From assembly GCF_006345805.1 (NCBI RefSeq), contig NC_043003.1, positions 7,998,001 to 8,062,000 on the forward strand: a DNA stretch of 64,000 bases. The letters are read 5' to 3'. The notes below the pieces were generated by a model. The model was given only the letters and a program-made list of their open reading frames with translations, had not been told where the DNA came from and did not search any database. Each line of letters begins with the position of its first letter. The stretch's first letter is position 1. Shown one piece after another: positions 38,930 to 51,596 of this stretch. The translations under genes were made by a program, and so were the position numbers. The DNA is from Octopus sinensis (Eukaryota).

Positions 38930-39335
38930 CCTTTTACTTGTTTCAATCGTTAGACTGCGCCCATGCTGATGCACCGCCTTGAAGAAATTTTAGTCGAATG
39001 AATCGACGCCAGTACTTATTTATCTTTTTTGTTTAAGACAGTAATTAATTCTATCAACTTCTTTGGCCAAACCAGTATGTTAGGAAGACGTAAACGCACC
39101 AATACCGGTTGTCGAGTGGTGGTGGGGAGACAAACATGGACACAAAGACACACATAGATATATACATATATATACATGTCCGACGGGATTTTTCAGTTTC
39201 CATCTACCAAATCCACCCCAAGGCTTTGGTGGGCCCGAGGCTATAGAAGAAAACACTGGTCAAAGCGTCACTCGCTGGGACTAAAGCCGGAGCCACGTGG
39301 TTGGCTGGCAACCTCTTACCACACAGTCACATCTG
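38930..39335 (-). mobile_element. Degenerate SINE family B
   Basis: CTTTTACTTGTTTCA...CCATGCTG...CTACCAAATCCAC...ACCACACAGTCAC. Confidence 0.8.
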
Positions 39336-39347
39336 TAACTATTCTAG

Positions 39348-39760
39348 TTAGTTAGTTAGTTAGTTAGTTAGTTAATTTGGCTCAAAAGCAAATAGCAAGG
39401 CCATGTAGGGGGACATGGAGTTAAGTACAGGGTGGTGTTCATGTAAAGAGTTCAGGCCACTTGAGGTCAAGGGAGGCTTTGAACAAAGCGGTCGTCGGCA
39501 TCTTAACCCTCTCGTCTGGCAGCTTGTTCCACGGATCCGCAACCCGGACGGAGAAAGCTCCTCTCCTTCGATTGAGATGAAATCGTCGCAGGTAGAGCTT
39601 TTCGGAATGACCCCGCAGTCGACGCTCTGGAGCAGGAGTGAAGAACAGCTCTTTCGAGAGGTTACACTTTCCGCTTATGATGCTGTGGGCGAGAATGAGA
39701 TCACCACGGCGGCGGCGTTTTTCTAGAGAATAACGGTCGAGCGTCCTCAGCCTTTCTTCA
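39348..39760 (-). mobile_element. 5'-truncated CR1-clade LINE 3' end with intact frame
   Basis: 39759-39439 reads EERLRTLDRYSLEKRRRRGDLI...LRGHSEKL...AFSVRVADPWNKLP...FKASLD without a stop; short 3' UTR, (TAAC)n tail, ATTCTAG on both flanks (39341, 39764). Confidence 0.92.
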
Positions 39761-40523
39761 TTGATTCTAGCTTATTTATACATATCAGATAATATTATAT
39801 TATCATATTATATTGAACTTAGTACAAGCTGTACAAAACGAAGTCTATTTATCAAATAAGCGAGCTTCTAAAAAATATCTACGACACCTGAAAACATTAC
39901 TTTGGAAATGGCATAAGCGTATTCTTCTGAATCTGCAATTCTGCAGATTTTATGCCTGATGTAACTGCTGCAACATTAGCAACATTTCAAGTCTGTTACA
40001 AACATTCTTTCTTAGAAAGATCCTGCTTTGCATTATAAGATTTCTTATCATTATAATTTGGCAACACATACATCTTGGTAATTTATGGCCAGCGCCAGTA
40101 TGTAAGACGCAATATGATTCCATTTGTTATTAATCGATAGCTATATAATCTTCTTCTATGCAATAAATTATGCACAAATCCACCGATATATCATATAAAA
40201 GAAACGAAGTTTTCGGGAGAACATACCTGTACATTACAAATGATCTCCCTTATTAGTTTAGTTAGAAATGTTTCCTTGGTGAGGATCCATACATAAATGC
40301 GGCTATTAATCAGAAAGAGTTTTACATTTGGCTTGAGATGACGTTAATCTATTTTCCATGTACGTAAGCTTCCTTGAGATGTAGGTTGAAAAAACTTACA
40401 TATTTTTAAGTTTTTATAGACCAGACTATCGGACGCTGTGACACATCGCTGGTCACAATGCGCTTCGCACTGCTTTAGCTTTCGAATGATGTCACCTCGG
40501 GTTAATCATTTACAGCAGAGTGA

Positions 40524-40738
40524 AGGCGGCGAGCTGGCAGAATCGTTAGCACCCTGGACGAAATCCTTAGCGGTATTTCGCTAGTCGCTACGTAATGAGT
40601 TCAAATTCCGCCGAAGTCGACTTTGCTTTTCATGCTTTCAGGGCCGATAAATTAAGTACCAATTGAATACTGCGGTCGATGTAATCGACCCAACTCTTCC
40701 TTCCAAATTTCAGGCCTTTTTCCTATAGTAGAGAGGAT
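40524..40738 (+). mobile_element. SINE family A nested inside an older minus-strand CORE-like SINE (~40420-40875)
   Basis: Full A copy flanked by TTTACAGCAGAGTG and TTTTCAGCAGAATG; the host continues as GTGTCTTGCTCAACAACACA...GGATCGAAAC. Confidence 0.85.
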
Positions 40739-41711
40739 TTTCAGCAGAATGGACTGCAGGAACATAGAATAAAGTGTCTTGCTCAACAACACAAGGTGCC
40801 ACTCAGTCCGGGATCGAAACTGCGATCTTTTGATCGCGAAAGTATCACGCTTACCACGATGTCACTGACCTTCACATTTGTACTTGATATTTTGCATGAA
40901 ATTTGTGCCTTCGTTATGATACAACATAACTGGCCATTGACATTTTGTGCCTTTGTTTGCCATTTTCAGATCCCTCTCTTTTGCTTTTGTGAAATATTTG
41001 TTTCTATCAACAAAGAACACACAATAAAGAACACACGCACTTTGTTGTGGTCGGCAATAAAGGAGGACCAGTAGATGCAAAGTGCATACTGCTGCAGTTG
41101 ATATCCAATTTGAAGGAGAAAAGAGTGTTTGTCTGTTCCAAATCAACGGGAATCGTTTGAAACTAATAAAGACAAGTTTCACCGATCTTTTAACTGAATA
41201 AAACATGATCGTTACATTATGATTTGAAACCGAAGGCTCGGTTCATAAGATGGTGTCATACCTGTTCTTCAAGGCGATCGGCACAGAAAAATCAAGGTGT
41301 TTGTTTTTGAGATAACAAAACTGTCACACTCTTAGATAATCTGCAAGATAATTAAGACACTCATGTTAATGAGTGACCACACGCATCATTGTCAATAAAT
41401 CACTCGATCGACAAAATAGACTGGTCATTGGTCCACCATCCATCGTGTAACCCGGATCATGAACCCTCAGCCTTCAGCTAGTTCGTTCCAGTGGCCGGTG
41501 AAATCTTCGAGTTACCGCCACTGTACATTCCTGCCTATTTTTTTCCTTTTGCCTCTTATTAATTTTCGGTTGTTGAGTCTAAAAATGTCAGTGATTTAAA
41601 TAGTTACAAAGCTAATTACTGTTTTTTTTGGTGCATGGAGGTTACCGACATTTATTATAATTTCTCACAACTAAAGCATCTTATCTGTTTCAGACTGTTA
41701 TCACAAGTAAG

Positions 41712-41996
41712 TTGTTGTTTGTTCCTTCTCAGGCCATGCCTGGCTCATGAGGGACGGTTTCCTGGTTTCATTGGCGTATAGGACCCCCACCTGGACGAGA
41801 CGCCGGTCCATCGCAGGTGAGCTGCTAGATGTAGGAGGAAAGAGTGAGAGAAAGCTGTGGCAAAAGAGTCAGCAGAAGTTCGCCATATCCTCTGCCGGAG
41901 CCACGTAGAGCTTAGGTGTGTCGCTCATAAACACAAACATCGCCCGGTCTGAGATTCGCGAGTCCGCTACTCTAACAAGTAGGCCATGCGCCTCCA
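41712..41996 (-). mobile_element. SINE group C (middle + V-like tail)
   Basis: Reverse complement of the 32060 type; CAAGTAAGT on both flanks. Confidence 0.88.
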
Positions 41997-42619
41997 CATC
42001 GCAAGTAAGTATACAACGCAGTATTACTTGACTAGCAAAATTCTCATATGTCATGTTTGCAGTTATTTATAAGTTGGAACAAAGCAGATAGTGCGTAAAG
42101 ACGTGAAAACATTAATTTTGCATAGCATACACTTTTCACTTTGGAAAGACAATCCTTGGATACTTCCTATAACATGTGAAAGCTGTCTACTTACTTTAGA
42201 AGGACGGTTATGAAGTACGAGGAAGCGTACACATTTTTCAATCCTTAGAGCGTGGACAAATTTGACGAATCACTATTTTAACTGCTATTTCTGTACGCTT
42301 AGCGTTACAAATTACAGGTGGGTTATAAAAAGTTAAACCGTTACAGTATGGAAGAATCACACGGGCCGCTCGAAAACACACAAAAACAGTTAACTTAACT
42401 AAAATAGCTAATATTTGATGTCAGAATATACGACGCACTCAATAATAGGTGAAGTTTACAGTCTTTGTATATTTTTCGAACGACTAATATGTGTGTTCCA
42501 CGCTGTAATTAGTTCAGTGTCAACACAAGCCTCATATCAAATCACTTGTTTGGCGAGTACATATACGAAATATAGAAAAGTTAGTTATTCAGTATTCATA
42601 TATATATATTGCCTTCTAG

Positions 42620-43002
42620 TGGAGGCGCAATGGCCCAGTGGTTAGAGCAGCGGACTCGCGGTCATAGGATCGCGGTTTCGATTCCCAGACCGCCGTTGTG
42701 AGTGTTTATTGAGCGAAAACACCTAAAAAGTTCCATGAGGCTCCGGCAGGGGATGGTGGTGATCCCTGTTGTACTCTTTCACCACAACTTTCTCTCACTC
42801 TTACTTCCTGTTTCTGTTGTACCTGTATTTCAAAGGGCCGGCCTTGTCACTCTCTGTGTCACGCTGAATATCCCCCGAGAACTACGTTAAGGGTACACGT
42901 GTCTGTGGAGTGCTCAGCCACTTACACGTTAATTTCACGAGCAGGCTGTTCCGTTGATTCGGATCAACCGGAACCCTCGTCGTAACCGACGGAGTGCTTC
43001 CA
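42620..43002 (+). mobile_element. SINE group C (middle + X tail), young, 13-bp TSD
   Basis: Nearly identical to 30271; ATATTGCCTTCTA at 42606-42618 and 43004-43016. Confidence 0.94.
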
Positions 43003-43119
43003 CATATTGCCTTCTATATCTTCTTGGCCACAATGGCAAAAACTTGCCAATAGCACAACCGCGAGCAAATTTGATTAATAATATACTTCTAGGTAAGTTG
43101 TTTTTTCTTCAGATTCAAA

Positions 43120-43700
43120 GACTCTGAAAACCGCATAGAAGAGCTCGTTGCAACTGAAATTATTATCTTATTAAATGAAGAGTTTCAACGTGATGTTCAC
43201 ACGATGAAATAGGTACAGTAAACTCTTCTTTTATTTCAAGCAACTGATGTTACTATAACTTTTTTTATTCTATGAATCAATCCCCAAAAATGAAAAAAAA
43301 CAGCAAGACTAATGTTTGTCATGGATAATCCACGGATTTAGTTTCCAAAGCTAAATGGGTGATCTGTTCAAGAACTTAATCTCACTAAATCAAAAGTTCA
43401 ATGCTTAATAAGAAGCCGGAAAAAGGAGGAATGAGGAAGACATTGCCACACATATTTTACTTTCATTTTCACAGATAATTGTTAATGGTTTGTTTACTGC
43501 TGTTCGCCTGAAGCAAATGACTTAATAAACAGCCTGAAGTGTCAAAGCAGTTTTACTTCACAACAGAAACCAATATTCATTTCTGATTCTTTCACACTTG
43601 ATACAAATGAACCACTACGAAAATGCTAATCGTTACTTTCAAGAACTCGACTTAGCAAAATTAAGTGGAATCTGTGTGTATGGAGTTTAAGATGCTTGCG
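43120..43700 (+). mobile_element. Highly decayed hAT (Buster/Charlie-type) transposase relic
   Basis: Remnants in the expected order: RIEEL, frameshifted D(E)STD..AK..I..R and LDLAKLSGICVYG (resembling KLxGICTDGA). Confidence 0.4.
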
Positions 43701-44015
43701 TTTATCTTCATTTTTCAAGGTAGATATATACAATTATATATGTGTATGTGTGCTTGTACAATATACACCATTCCTTTGTTTATAGGATAATAGAACTATT
43801 GATAATCGTTACTGGAAATTTTAGTGACCACTCCCATCCTTATTCTATAGGAATTTCAGCCAGGAGTGTTAAATACTGTCAGACGGATTCTTGTTCGACC
43901 TAAAAAAGTTTTGTTAACCCCACTTAGAATCTGGATTAATAAAACAGATTGTAAAAGATTTAAAACTTGTCAAAGAATGTTTTAAATGATTGTCGCTTAC
44001 ATTTCTTGCATCCAG

Positions 44016-44265
44016 TGAAGGCATGTGGCCTGTTGATTAGGGTATTGCACTCGCACTCAGATGATCAGCGTTTCGATTCCGGAACCGGGCGGTGAGTTGT
44101 GTTCTGGAACAAAAATTCATGTTATTCATATTGCTCCACTCAACTCAGCAGTAAATTAATGACCCCGAAATGGACAGGTGTCCTCTTTAGAAGGCTTATT
44201 GTGATCTGTCATGGAGACTGGATAACCGTCCTTACAAATCTATCTTAGGACTCGAGACAGAACTT
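44016..44265 (+). mobile_element. Degenerate SINE group C (CORE-like + V-like)
   Basis: GTTTCGATTCCGGAACCGGGC...GTTGTGTTC...TTGCTCCACTCAACTCAGC. Confidence 0.6.
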
Positions 44266-44350
44266 ACTTTCAGTTCTATATTTAAGAGTTGAGGAATGAT
44301 GTACGTTATTTATATTTGACGGATATTTGTCATCATCTTGTTTGTTGTTA

Positions 44351-44394
44351 ACATAACGTTTCGGCTGATATACCCTCCAGCCTTCATCAGGTGT
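44351..44394 (-). ncRNA. Minimal type I hammerhead ribozyme
   Basis: ACAC-CTGATGA-A-GGCTG(10-nt loop)CAGCC-GAAAC-GTT-ATGT; perfect 5-bp stem II and palindromic AACGTT stem III (dimer type); one stem I mismatch. Confidence 0.75.
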
Positions 44395-44463
44395 CTTTGG
44401 GAAATTTCGAACCTGGGTTCTCATTCCAAAGGTATTCTTCGATGTTATTATTATTGTTATTCA

Positions 44464-44536
44464 GGTCACTGCCGGGAATCGAACTCGGAATCTTGGGGTT
44501 AGTAGCCCGTGCTCTTAACCACTATGCCATATGCCC
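44464..44536 (-). other. tRNA-like Pol III promoter head (A box TGGCATAGTGG, B box GAGTTCGATTCC, loop CT-ACT-AA)
   Basis: GGGCATATGGCATAGTGGTTAAGAGCACGGGCTACTAACCCCAAGATTCCGAGTTCGATTCCCGGCAGTGACC; tRNA length and box spacing, imperfect acceptor stem. Confidence 0.75.
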
Positions 44537-44589
44537 ACGGGCAGATGAGTACAAATGCTCGTCAAATATATATAATGTAAATAAAGAAC

Positions 44590-44860
44590 TTAATTTGTTT
44601 CCAACATTCGTTGATGCCAATTACAATGGTGGTATATTTGTTGGACCTCTAATAAATGCGATGTTGAAATCAGAACAAACATATTTAAATAAAAGAAGAG
44701 TGGAGGTGGGTGCATGGTTTGCATTTTGTGGTGTAGATTATTGATGTTTAGGGATTCGTAAAGTTCTCAATTGTAGGGGCCTGTTGGCAAGGTTAACTGT
44801 TTTCTACTGCGGATCATAATTTTGCATTTCATGGATTTTTAGCATATTTCCGTGAAAATT
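44590..44860 (+). mobile_element. Decayed Chapaev(3)-like DNA transposase fragment
   Basis: LFP...GIFVGPLI...E..AWFAF..V...LG resembles the GIFVGPQIR...E..AW.AF..VV..FLGN motif. Confidence 0.6.
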
Positions 44861-45064
44861 GAAGTGACGTACTTTGGAGGCAAGCTAAGATATTTTATCA
44901 GGATATTACACCGAAGAGTTAAGCGACAAACTAGTAGAATCATTACCCCATCGGACAAAATGTTCAACGGTATTTCCTCCGAATTATTACCATCCGAGTT
45001 AAAAAAAAATCCGCGGAGGATCGACACTTTATTTCTTTCTTCCGGGTTCAATAAAATAAGTACC

Positions 45065-45495
45065 AACTGAACGCTGAGATAGAAATAATAGACTTAACGC
45101 CACCATTAAAATTCCTGGCCTTGTCCTATAATTTGAAACCGATATCAAAACAATGAATACAAGCTACCAAAACTGCTGGAAAACGAGCAAAATAGGACAC
45201 CATATGCCACGGATGAGAAAATATAAAAATGGTCATTACTGAAAAATGTAGTCGATTTAAAAAGCAAAAATATCTTTTCACGAACGTTTAATATTCAAAT
45301 TAATATTCATACTGTGTTTACTGATTATACTAAGTGATCAATACATTTTTTGGCAAAATAAACGTTGAACTGAACGCTGAGATAGATGTGACCGACTTAA
45401 CTCCGACTTTCAAATTCCTGGGCTTGTCCTAAACTTTGAAACCGATTTTACAGCAATGAGTAGACGCTAACAAAACTGCGGGAATACGAGCATAA
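45065..45495 (+). repeat. Old ~130-bp direct duplication, ~303-bp spacing
   Basis: AACTGAACGCTGAGATAGA...TTTGAAACCGAT...CAAAACTGC..GA.ACGAGCA occurs at about 45065 and 45368; includes the tail of a degenerate family A SINE (44920-45140). Confidence 0.7.
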
Positions 45496-45724
45496 TGAAA
45501 GCAACTCATAATTCTAAGTGATGGTTGAATTACCCGAAGACTGAACGGAAAAATATCATTACTTCTAGAACTATAGATAGGAAAGCAATACATGTGTATA
45601 TATAATGGAAGTTAAAATAAAAGGGAATTTTCAAGGTGCAACGCGGTCGTATTGAACCCCGGAACCATGTGGTTGGAATTCTAATCACACAGCTCACCTG
45701 CACCTATATATATATATATATATC

Positions 45725-45945
45725 TTTCTTTTTCTCTTTTACTTGTTTCAGTAATTTGACTGCGGCCATGCTGGAGCACCGCCTTTAGTCGTGCAACTCG
45801 ACCCCGGGACTTATTCTTTTGTAAGCCCAGTACTTATTCTATCGGTCTCTTTTGCCGAACCGCTAAGTGACGGGGACATAAACACACCAGCATCGGTTGT
45901 CAAGCAATGCTAGGGGAACAAACACAGACACACACACACACACAC
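45725..45945 (-). mobile_element. SINE family B, 3' half
   Basis: Near-consensus reverse complement. Confidence 0.9.
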
Positions 45946-45997
45946 ACACATATAATATATATAATACATATATATATAATATATATATATATCCTCT

Positions 45998-46376
45998 TGG
46001 CACTCCGTCGGTTACGACACCGAGGGTTCCACTTGATCCGATCAACGGAACAGACTGCTCGTGAAATTGACGTGCAAGTGGCTGAGTACTCCACAGTAAA
46101 AGTGCACCCTTAACGTAGTTCTCGGGGACATTGAGTGTGTCTCTCAGCTTGACACAGAATGTGACAAGGCTGACCCCTATGAAATACAGGTACAGCAGAA
46201 TCACGAAGAAAGAGTGAGAGCAAGTTGTGGGGAAAGAGTATAGCAGGGTTCGGCACCTCACCCCTGCCGGAGCCTCTTGGAGCTTTAGGTGTTTTCGCTC
46301 AATAAACACTCACAACGCCCCGTCAGGGAATCGAAACTACGATTCCGCTGTCCTAACCACTGAGCCATTGAGCCTC
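45998..46376 (-). mobile_element. SINE group C (middle + X tail)
   Basis: Reverse complement of the 30271 type. Confidence 0.87.
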
Positions 46377-46444
46377 GGAACACACACACACGCAGACACA
46401 CATAATAGTATAAAGATTATATATATGAATATGTTGAATATTTT

Positions 46445-46963
46445 ATGTATATATATATATATATATATATAATATATCTATATATATATATATAATATAT
46501 ATATATATATATTATGTATGTATGTATTATATATAGATATATATGTATGTATATATATATATGTATATATATATATGTATGTATATATTATATATATAAC
46601 ATATATATATATATATGTATATTATATATACATATACATATATATGTATATATAGATACATATATAGATATATATATATATACATCTATATATACATATA
46701 TATATACATATATGATTACTATATATACATATATATATACATATATATATATGTATATATATATAGATGTATATATATAATACATATATATAGTTTTGAA
46801 TATATATATATATATATATATCCATATATATAATACACACACACACATATATTATATATATATATGTATAAATATATATGTATATTATATGTATATATAT
46901 ATATATAATATTATATATATATATACATATATATATAATATATATATATATATATAATATATT

Positions 46964-46995
<32 letters not shown>

Positions 46996-47507
46996 CTAGC
47001 AGTATCGCCCGGCGTTGCTCGGGTTTTTAAGGGAAATAACTATATAAGCATTTTTAGAGAGTTACTTCCCTTATAGATGCCAATTCGGGCTTTCTTAGCC
47101 ATTTCTGTTTTGGTATCTTCAAGCCGTGAAGTCGTTGTTCTAAAAGAACGCTGGTCTCCTTGACAACGCTTTACGACGTTTATTTCCTTACACTCTCTTC
47201 CCCACAGCTTCACGAGGGAGGGAAGAAAGGGGAGAAGCAAACAGGTGCAGGTGTGACCATGGACGCCAACTCCGCCGCCATCGACAGACGAAAAATTATG
47301 CATTAAAATGGAATAAAAAATGATGTTAAATTATTTTTAAAATCGTAGACTCATCGTAGACGCGCGCTAATACTCAGACGGGCTTGATATGAATCACGAC
47401 TATAAGATACCCGGTTTTGGTTAAACTGCACCGCAAAATGTGGGAGTAGTTAGGAATCTAAATCGAAGGGGACAGACACTCACACAACTACAGTTTTATA
47501 TATATAG

Positions 47508-47551
<44 letters not shown>

Positions 47552-47772
47552 CTATATAATGTATATATATGTATATGTATATCTATCTATATATATGTAT
47601 ATATATGTATATGTATATCTATATTATATATATGTATATATGTATATATATGTTATATATATATGTATATTTATATATGTATATATATATATATATATAT
47701 ATAATGTATATATATATGTATATGTATATATATATATATGTATGTATATATGTATGTATATATATATGTATG

Positions 47773-47808
<36 letters not shown>

Positions 47809-47884
47809 TGTATTATATATGTATATATATGTATATATATATATATGTATATATTATATGTATATATATATGTATATATATATC

Positions 47885-47915
<31 letters not shown>

Positions 47916-48030
47916 GTATATATATATATATATATATATATCTATATATATGTATATATATATGTATATATATGTATATATACATACATACATGTGTATA
48001 TATATATATAATATATATATATATACATAC
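46445..48030. repeat. (TA)n-rich field interrupted by a Helitron-like element
   Basis: Seen directly. Confidence 0.95.
46995..47509 (+). mobile_element. DINE-1/Lep1-like non-autonomous Helitron, second subfamily
   Basis: Same ends as 38482 (ACTAGCAGTATCGCCCGGCGTTGCTCGGG...ACAACTACAGTTTTATATATATAGAT) with a different interior. Confidence 0.72.
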
Positions 48031-49610
48031 ATGCATTGGGTTTATGTAATCAATGTATCCAACCAAACAGTAAGGTGTAGAATGTAAGCATGTAATGTAA
48101 ATGGAAATATGTGTGCACTGTTTGTCTGTGTGTGAATTGGTGCAGAGGCCTGGCTGCATTGTTTTCTTTTTAATCAAGAAGTCACGGATTTGATCCCACT
48201 GCGTGTCTTCTGGCGTTGCTTGGAGTCGACCTAATCTATTTGAGTGAAGTGAGCACACGGAAGTCCATTAGACGGCCTATACAGGTAATTCAATGGATTG
48301 TGCATATGTAAATGAAAGTCCTGTAAAGCACTGGCATCGTGATGCTACTGTCTGAGAGTAACTGCAAGGCTGGAAGTGCTTGTGTAGGAAATAGATGCGT
48401 AATAATTCAATGTGTGGCCAGTTCGTTCGATAGAAGTATTTCAATGTTCAGAATGTGGTTCAGACGTACACAATCACACTCTCATACTCTCTCTCTCTAC
48501 CCCTCTGTACCCGTCTCTCTCTCCCCCTCTCCCCTACCCCTTTCTCCCTCTCTACCCCTCTCTCACTCAGATACATATTTACACACAGAGATCCACATGT
48601 ACATGTCTGAGTAATGGATGGTAGTGTGGCACACGTATGCATATAGCCAAATTGTATTAACTACATGCATCAACACACGAGTTAAAATACAGATGCCGAT
48701 ACACATCCATACGCATACACATTCTCACTCACTCACACACTTGTATACACACAAACACACCAAGAGACGATAAATTGAAACACACAAAAATACATACTTA
48801 TATATGTGTATGTAATAGACTATATATGGATACACCCGTATATAGTAAACTGCATTACCTTCATACAACACGCATATATTTTAAAATATATTTATCGGTT
48901 CACATTGAGATACGCATGTTAACATCTATTCAGTTACTCATCTCTATCTTCTGGGGATTTATTTTGCCTTCAGCAGAAATGGTAATTATTTCTTTCTGGT
49001 TAAAAAACTTTCACGATACCTACCATGTTTATTACTTTCATTTACACCGTGTTCTACATCATATATTCTCGTTTCGCCTTCTTTTATTTCTTCCTTTCTA
49101 CCATTTCTTCTTCTCTCGTTCTACTATACTTTCTGTTCTTATTTCTTTCGATGTTCTATTAATTTTCACCCAAAACGATGCACGCTAAGATGGCGTCAGC
49201 TACAGAGAAATTTGAATAAAATAAAATGTAGGGATAAAATTGCAATCACATATATTACGTTTGAAAAAAGAAAATAAGTTTCATGGCATTGAATTTACTT
49301 GGTTTACTATGACACACTGACGAATGGTGGATTCCAGTTGATGAAAAATGGATGAAACATGTAGTGTTAAGTAAACTTTTGAAAATTTATGAGTAATAAA
49401 CTTAGAATATAATGCGAAATAAACATCGGAGATGCTTTATTCGACGCAGAAACTGCAAGAACCAATAAGAAGAACTGTAAGCTCTTTTGAATTTATTGCA
49501 ATGTCGGAAGCACTTTCGTATAATCAGTAAGTATATCAGGGTCACAAGCGTTTCGCTTCCAAAACTGTACGCTACACCTGAATAGGAATAGTAAGGGTTC
49601 CACCTGCAGT

Positions 49611-49998
49611 CAGGGCCGGCCTTAAGCCAATTGGACCGATTGCTCCCCCTCGGGCGCCGCGCCTAAGGGTATCCCGCGGGGACCACATCATATAGTGCGA
49701 AATATCATGAAGGTGTTCTTGGAGTTAAAAAAATTCCCCAAAAAATAATACTTAAAAAAAAACATACTTTCTACACTTTAGCGACACAAGATACCAAAAG
49801 ATAAACCCATTCAGCCAAAATTGCTTGGACCAGCCTTGTTTGTAGTTTTCGTGTAAGGGTCAATTGTGTGTATGTGAATGTTTGGGAGTGTTTACGAGCA
49901 TGATTGGATAAAATATTTCAGTGTATGTGAGAGTATTATGAAAGAGTATGGCGAATTTTATGTATATATGTGTGCGTATGTTTGCGCGTGTATGTGTA

Positions 49999-50033
<35 letters not shown>

Positions 50034-50426
50034 AGTGTGTGTGTGCAAAAACTAAAACTAAAATGTTAAAAGCAAAGGGCTAAATGTGTGTGAAAGAATT
50101 CAGTACTCAGTATTTTGGCCACAGCAATTTCTGTTAAAGGTTAAAAGTCCAATTATTTTTTATAGTGGTTTGGTTTGGTTGAGTGGTTGAGGTCTTTGTA
50201 TTTGAGTGAATGTATGCATAGGTATGTTTATGCTTTTATGAGTTTAACATCCAACTCGACTTCGGTGGGAATTAATGCTATTTCTTGTTTTTTTTTGTTG
50301 TTGTTTTTTTTTTGCTTGCAACTAATCTTACTTAATATGCCGCAAATGACTTTTCAACGTAAATCAGAGGGGAATGGGGTCGGGTAGACCTTCGGAAACC
50401 CCTCGCACCTCCTAAGACCGGCCCTG
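49611..50426. mobile_element. Non-autonomous hAT-like element
   Basis: TIRs CAGGGCCGGCCTTA / TAAGACCGGCCCTG; the 8-bp flanks CCTGCAGT and CCTTCGAT match at 5 of 8 positions. Confidence 0.65.
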
Positions 50427-50577
50427 CCTTCGATTTCCTTTCAACCATAGCCACTTTGCTCTGGTTTCAGCTACCACGCCTTATATTCTTGGTGGTTGTC
50501 TTTAATAATTTGTGTGCCAGACGAATCTTTTGCAGCAGTAAACTGTCATCTCCTAGCCATAATCTAGTTATACTTAC

Positions 50578-50975
50578 TCGTTTACTTGTTTCAGTAATTT
50601 GAGTACGGCCATATTGAGGTACTGCCTTCAAGGATTTATATTCGAAGAATCGACACCAGGTTTTATTTTTCTTAAAGCCTGGTATTTATTCTATCGGTCT
50701 CTTCTGCTGAAATGCTAATTCCCGAATATATAAGCCCACCAACACCGGTTGCCAATCAGTGGTGCGAACAAACGTAGACACAAAGACACACACACACAAA
50801 GACACACACACATACATATATAACGAGCTTCTTTTAGTTTCCGTCTACCAAATCCACTCACATCTTTGGTCGGCCAGACGCTATAATAGCAAGCACTTGT
50901 ACAAAGTGCCACGCAGTAGAACTGAACCTGGAACCATGTGGCTTGGAAGCAAACTTCTTACCATACAGCCACGCC
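50578..50975 (-). mobile_element. SINE family B
   Basis: Reverse complement of B. Confidence 0.85.
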
Positions 50976-51307
50976 TTTTATTTCTGGATGAAATATTGTG
51001 TTTTCTTTCCCCTTTATACAAATTTAACCCGAACACCCTGTATCTATTTATCCTTAGAATGCCATTCAAAGCGGGATTAATATTTCGGATCATGTCGATG
51101 ATAAATGATGATGTAAATTATCTCAGTAATTTTTCACTGGCACAGGCATAATATATAAATTGAAAATGTGTGTACATGCATATCAGAATATCTTCATATG
51201 TATGTTACTGAGCATATGCATAGGTGTATATTTGTCGCATTCAACGTTTTGTAGTAATTTAAATGTTCTAGATTGATTTTATACTTTATATGCATAACGA
51301 TAAACGT

Positions 51308-51596
51308 CGCCCCTTTCAAGCGTAGCCAGGCTCATGGGTCCGGTTTCCCGGTTTCTGTGGCATATATGTTCCCCCCAGCTGGACGTGACGCCAATCCATC
51401 GCAGCGTTACTCAAGAAACAGGAAGAGAGAGTGAGAGAAAGTTGTGGCGAAAGAGTACAACAGGGGTCGCCCACCCCACCGCTGCCGGACCCTCGTGGAG
51501 CTTTTTTTTTTAGGTGTTTCTGCTCAATAAACTCACACAAGGACCGGTCTGGGAATCGAAACCGCGATCCTCCGACCGCGAGTCATTGCGCCTCCC
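51308..51596 (-). mobile_element. SINE group C (middle + V-like tail of the 2281 type) with ~18-bp TSD
   Basis: ATACTTTATATGCATAAC on both sides (about 51281 and 51597). Confidence 0.88.

Larger units (their letters stand above)
44271..44542 (-). mobile_element. tRNA-head + hammerhead chimeric non-autonomous element
   Basis: Minus strand: 73-nt tRNA-like head, (AAT)n spacer, HHR, then an AT-rich pseudo-LTR-like tail. Confidence 0.75.

Noticed and set aside
41420-41520. HPSCNPDHEPSAF resembling the mariner HPPYSPDLAPSDF motif
   Set aside because: A single very degenerate motif with no supporting frame or TIRs.
49185-49200. YY1-like AAGATGGCG motif (and NRF1-like TGCGCATGCG near 19402) as promoter evidence
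   Set aside because: Isolated short motifs are expected by chance in 64 kb; no CpG-rich promoter or downstream exon is visible.
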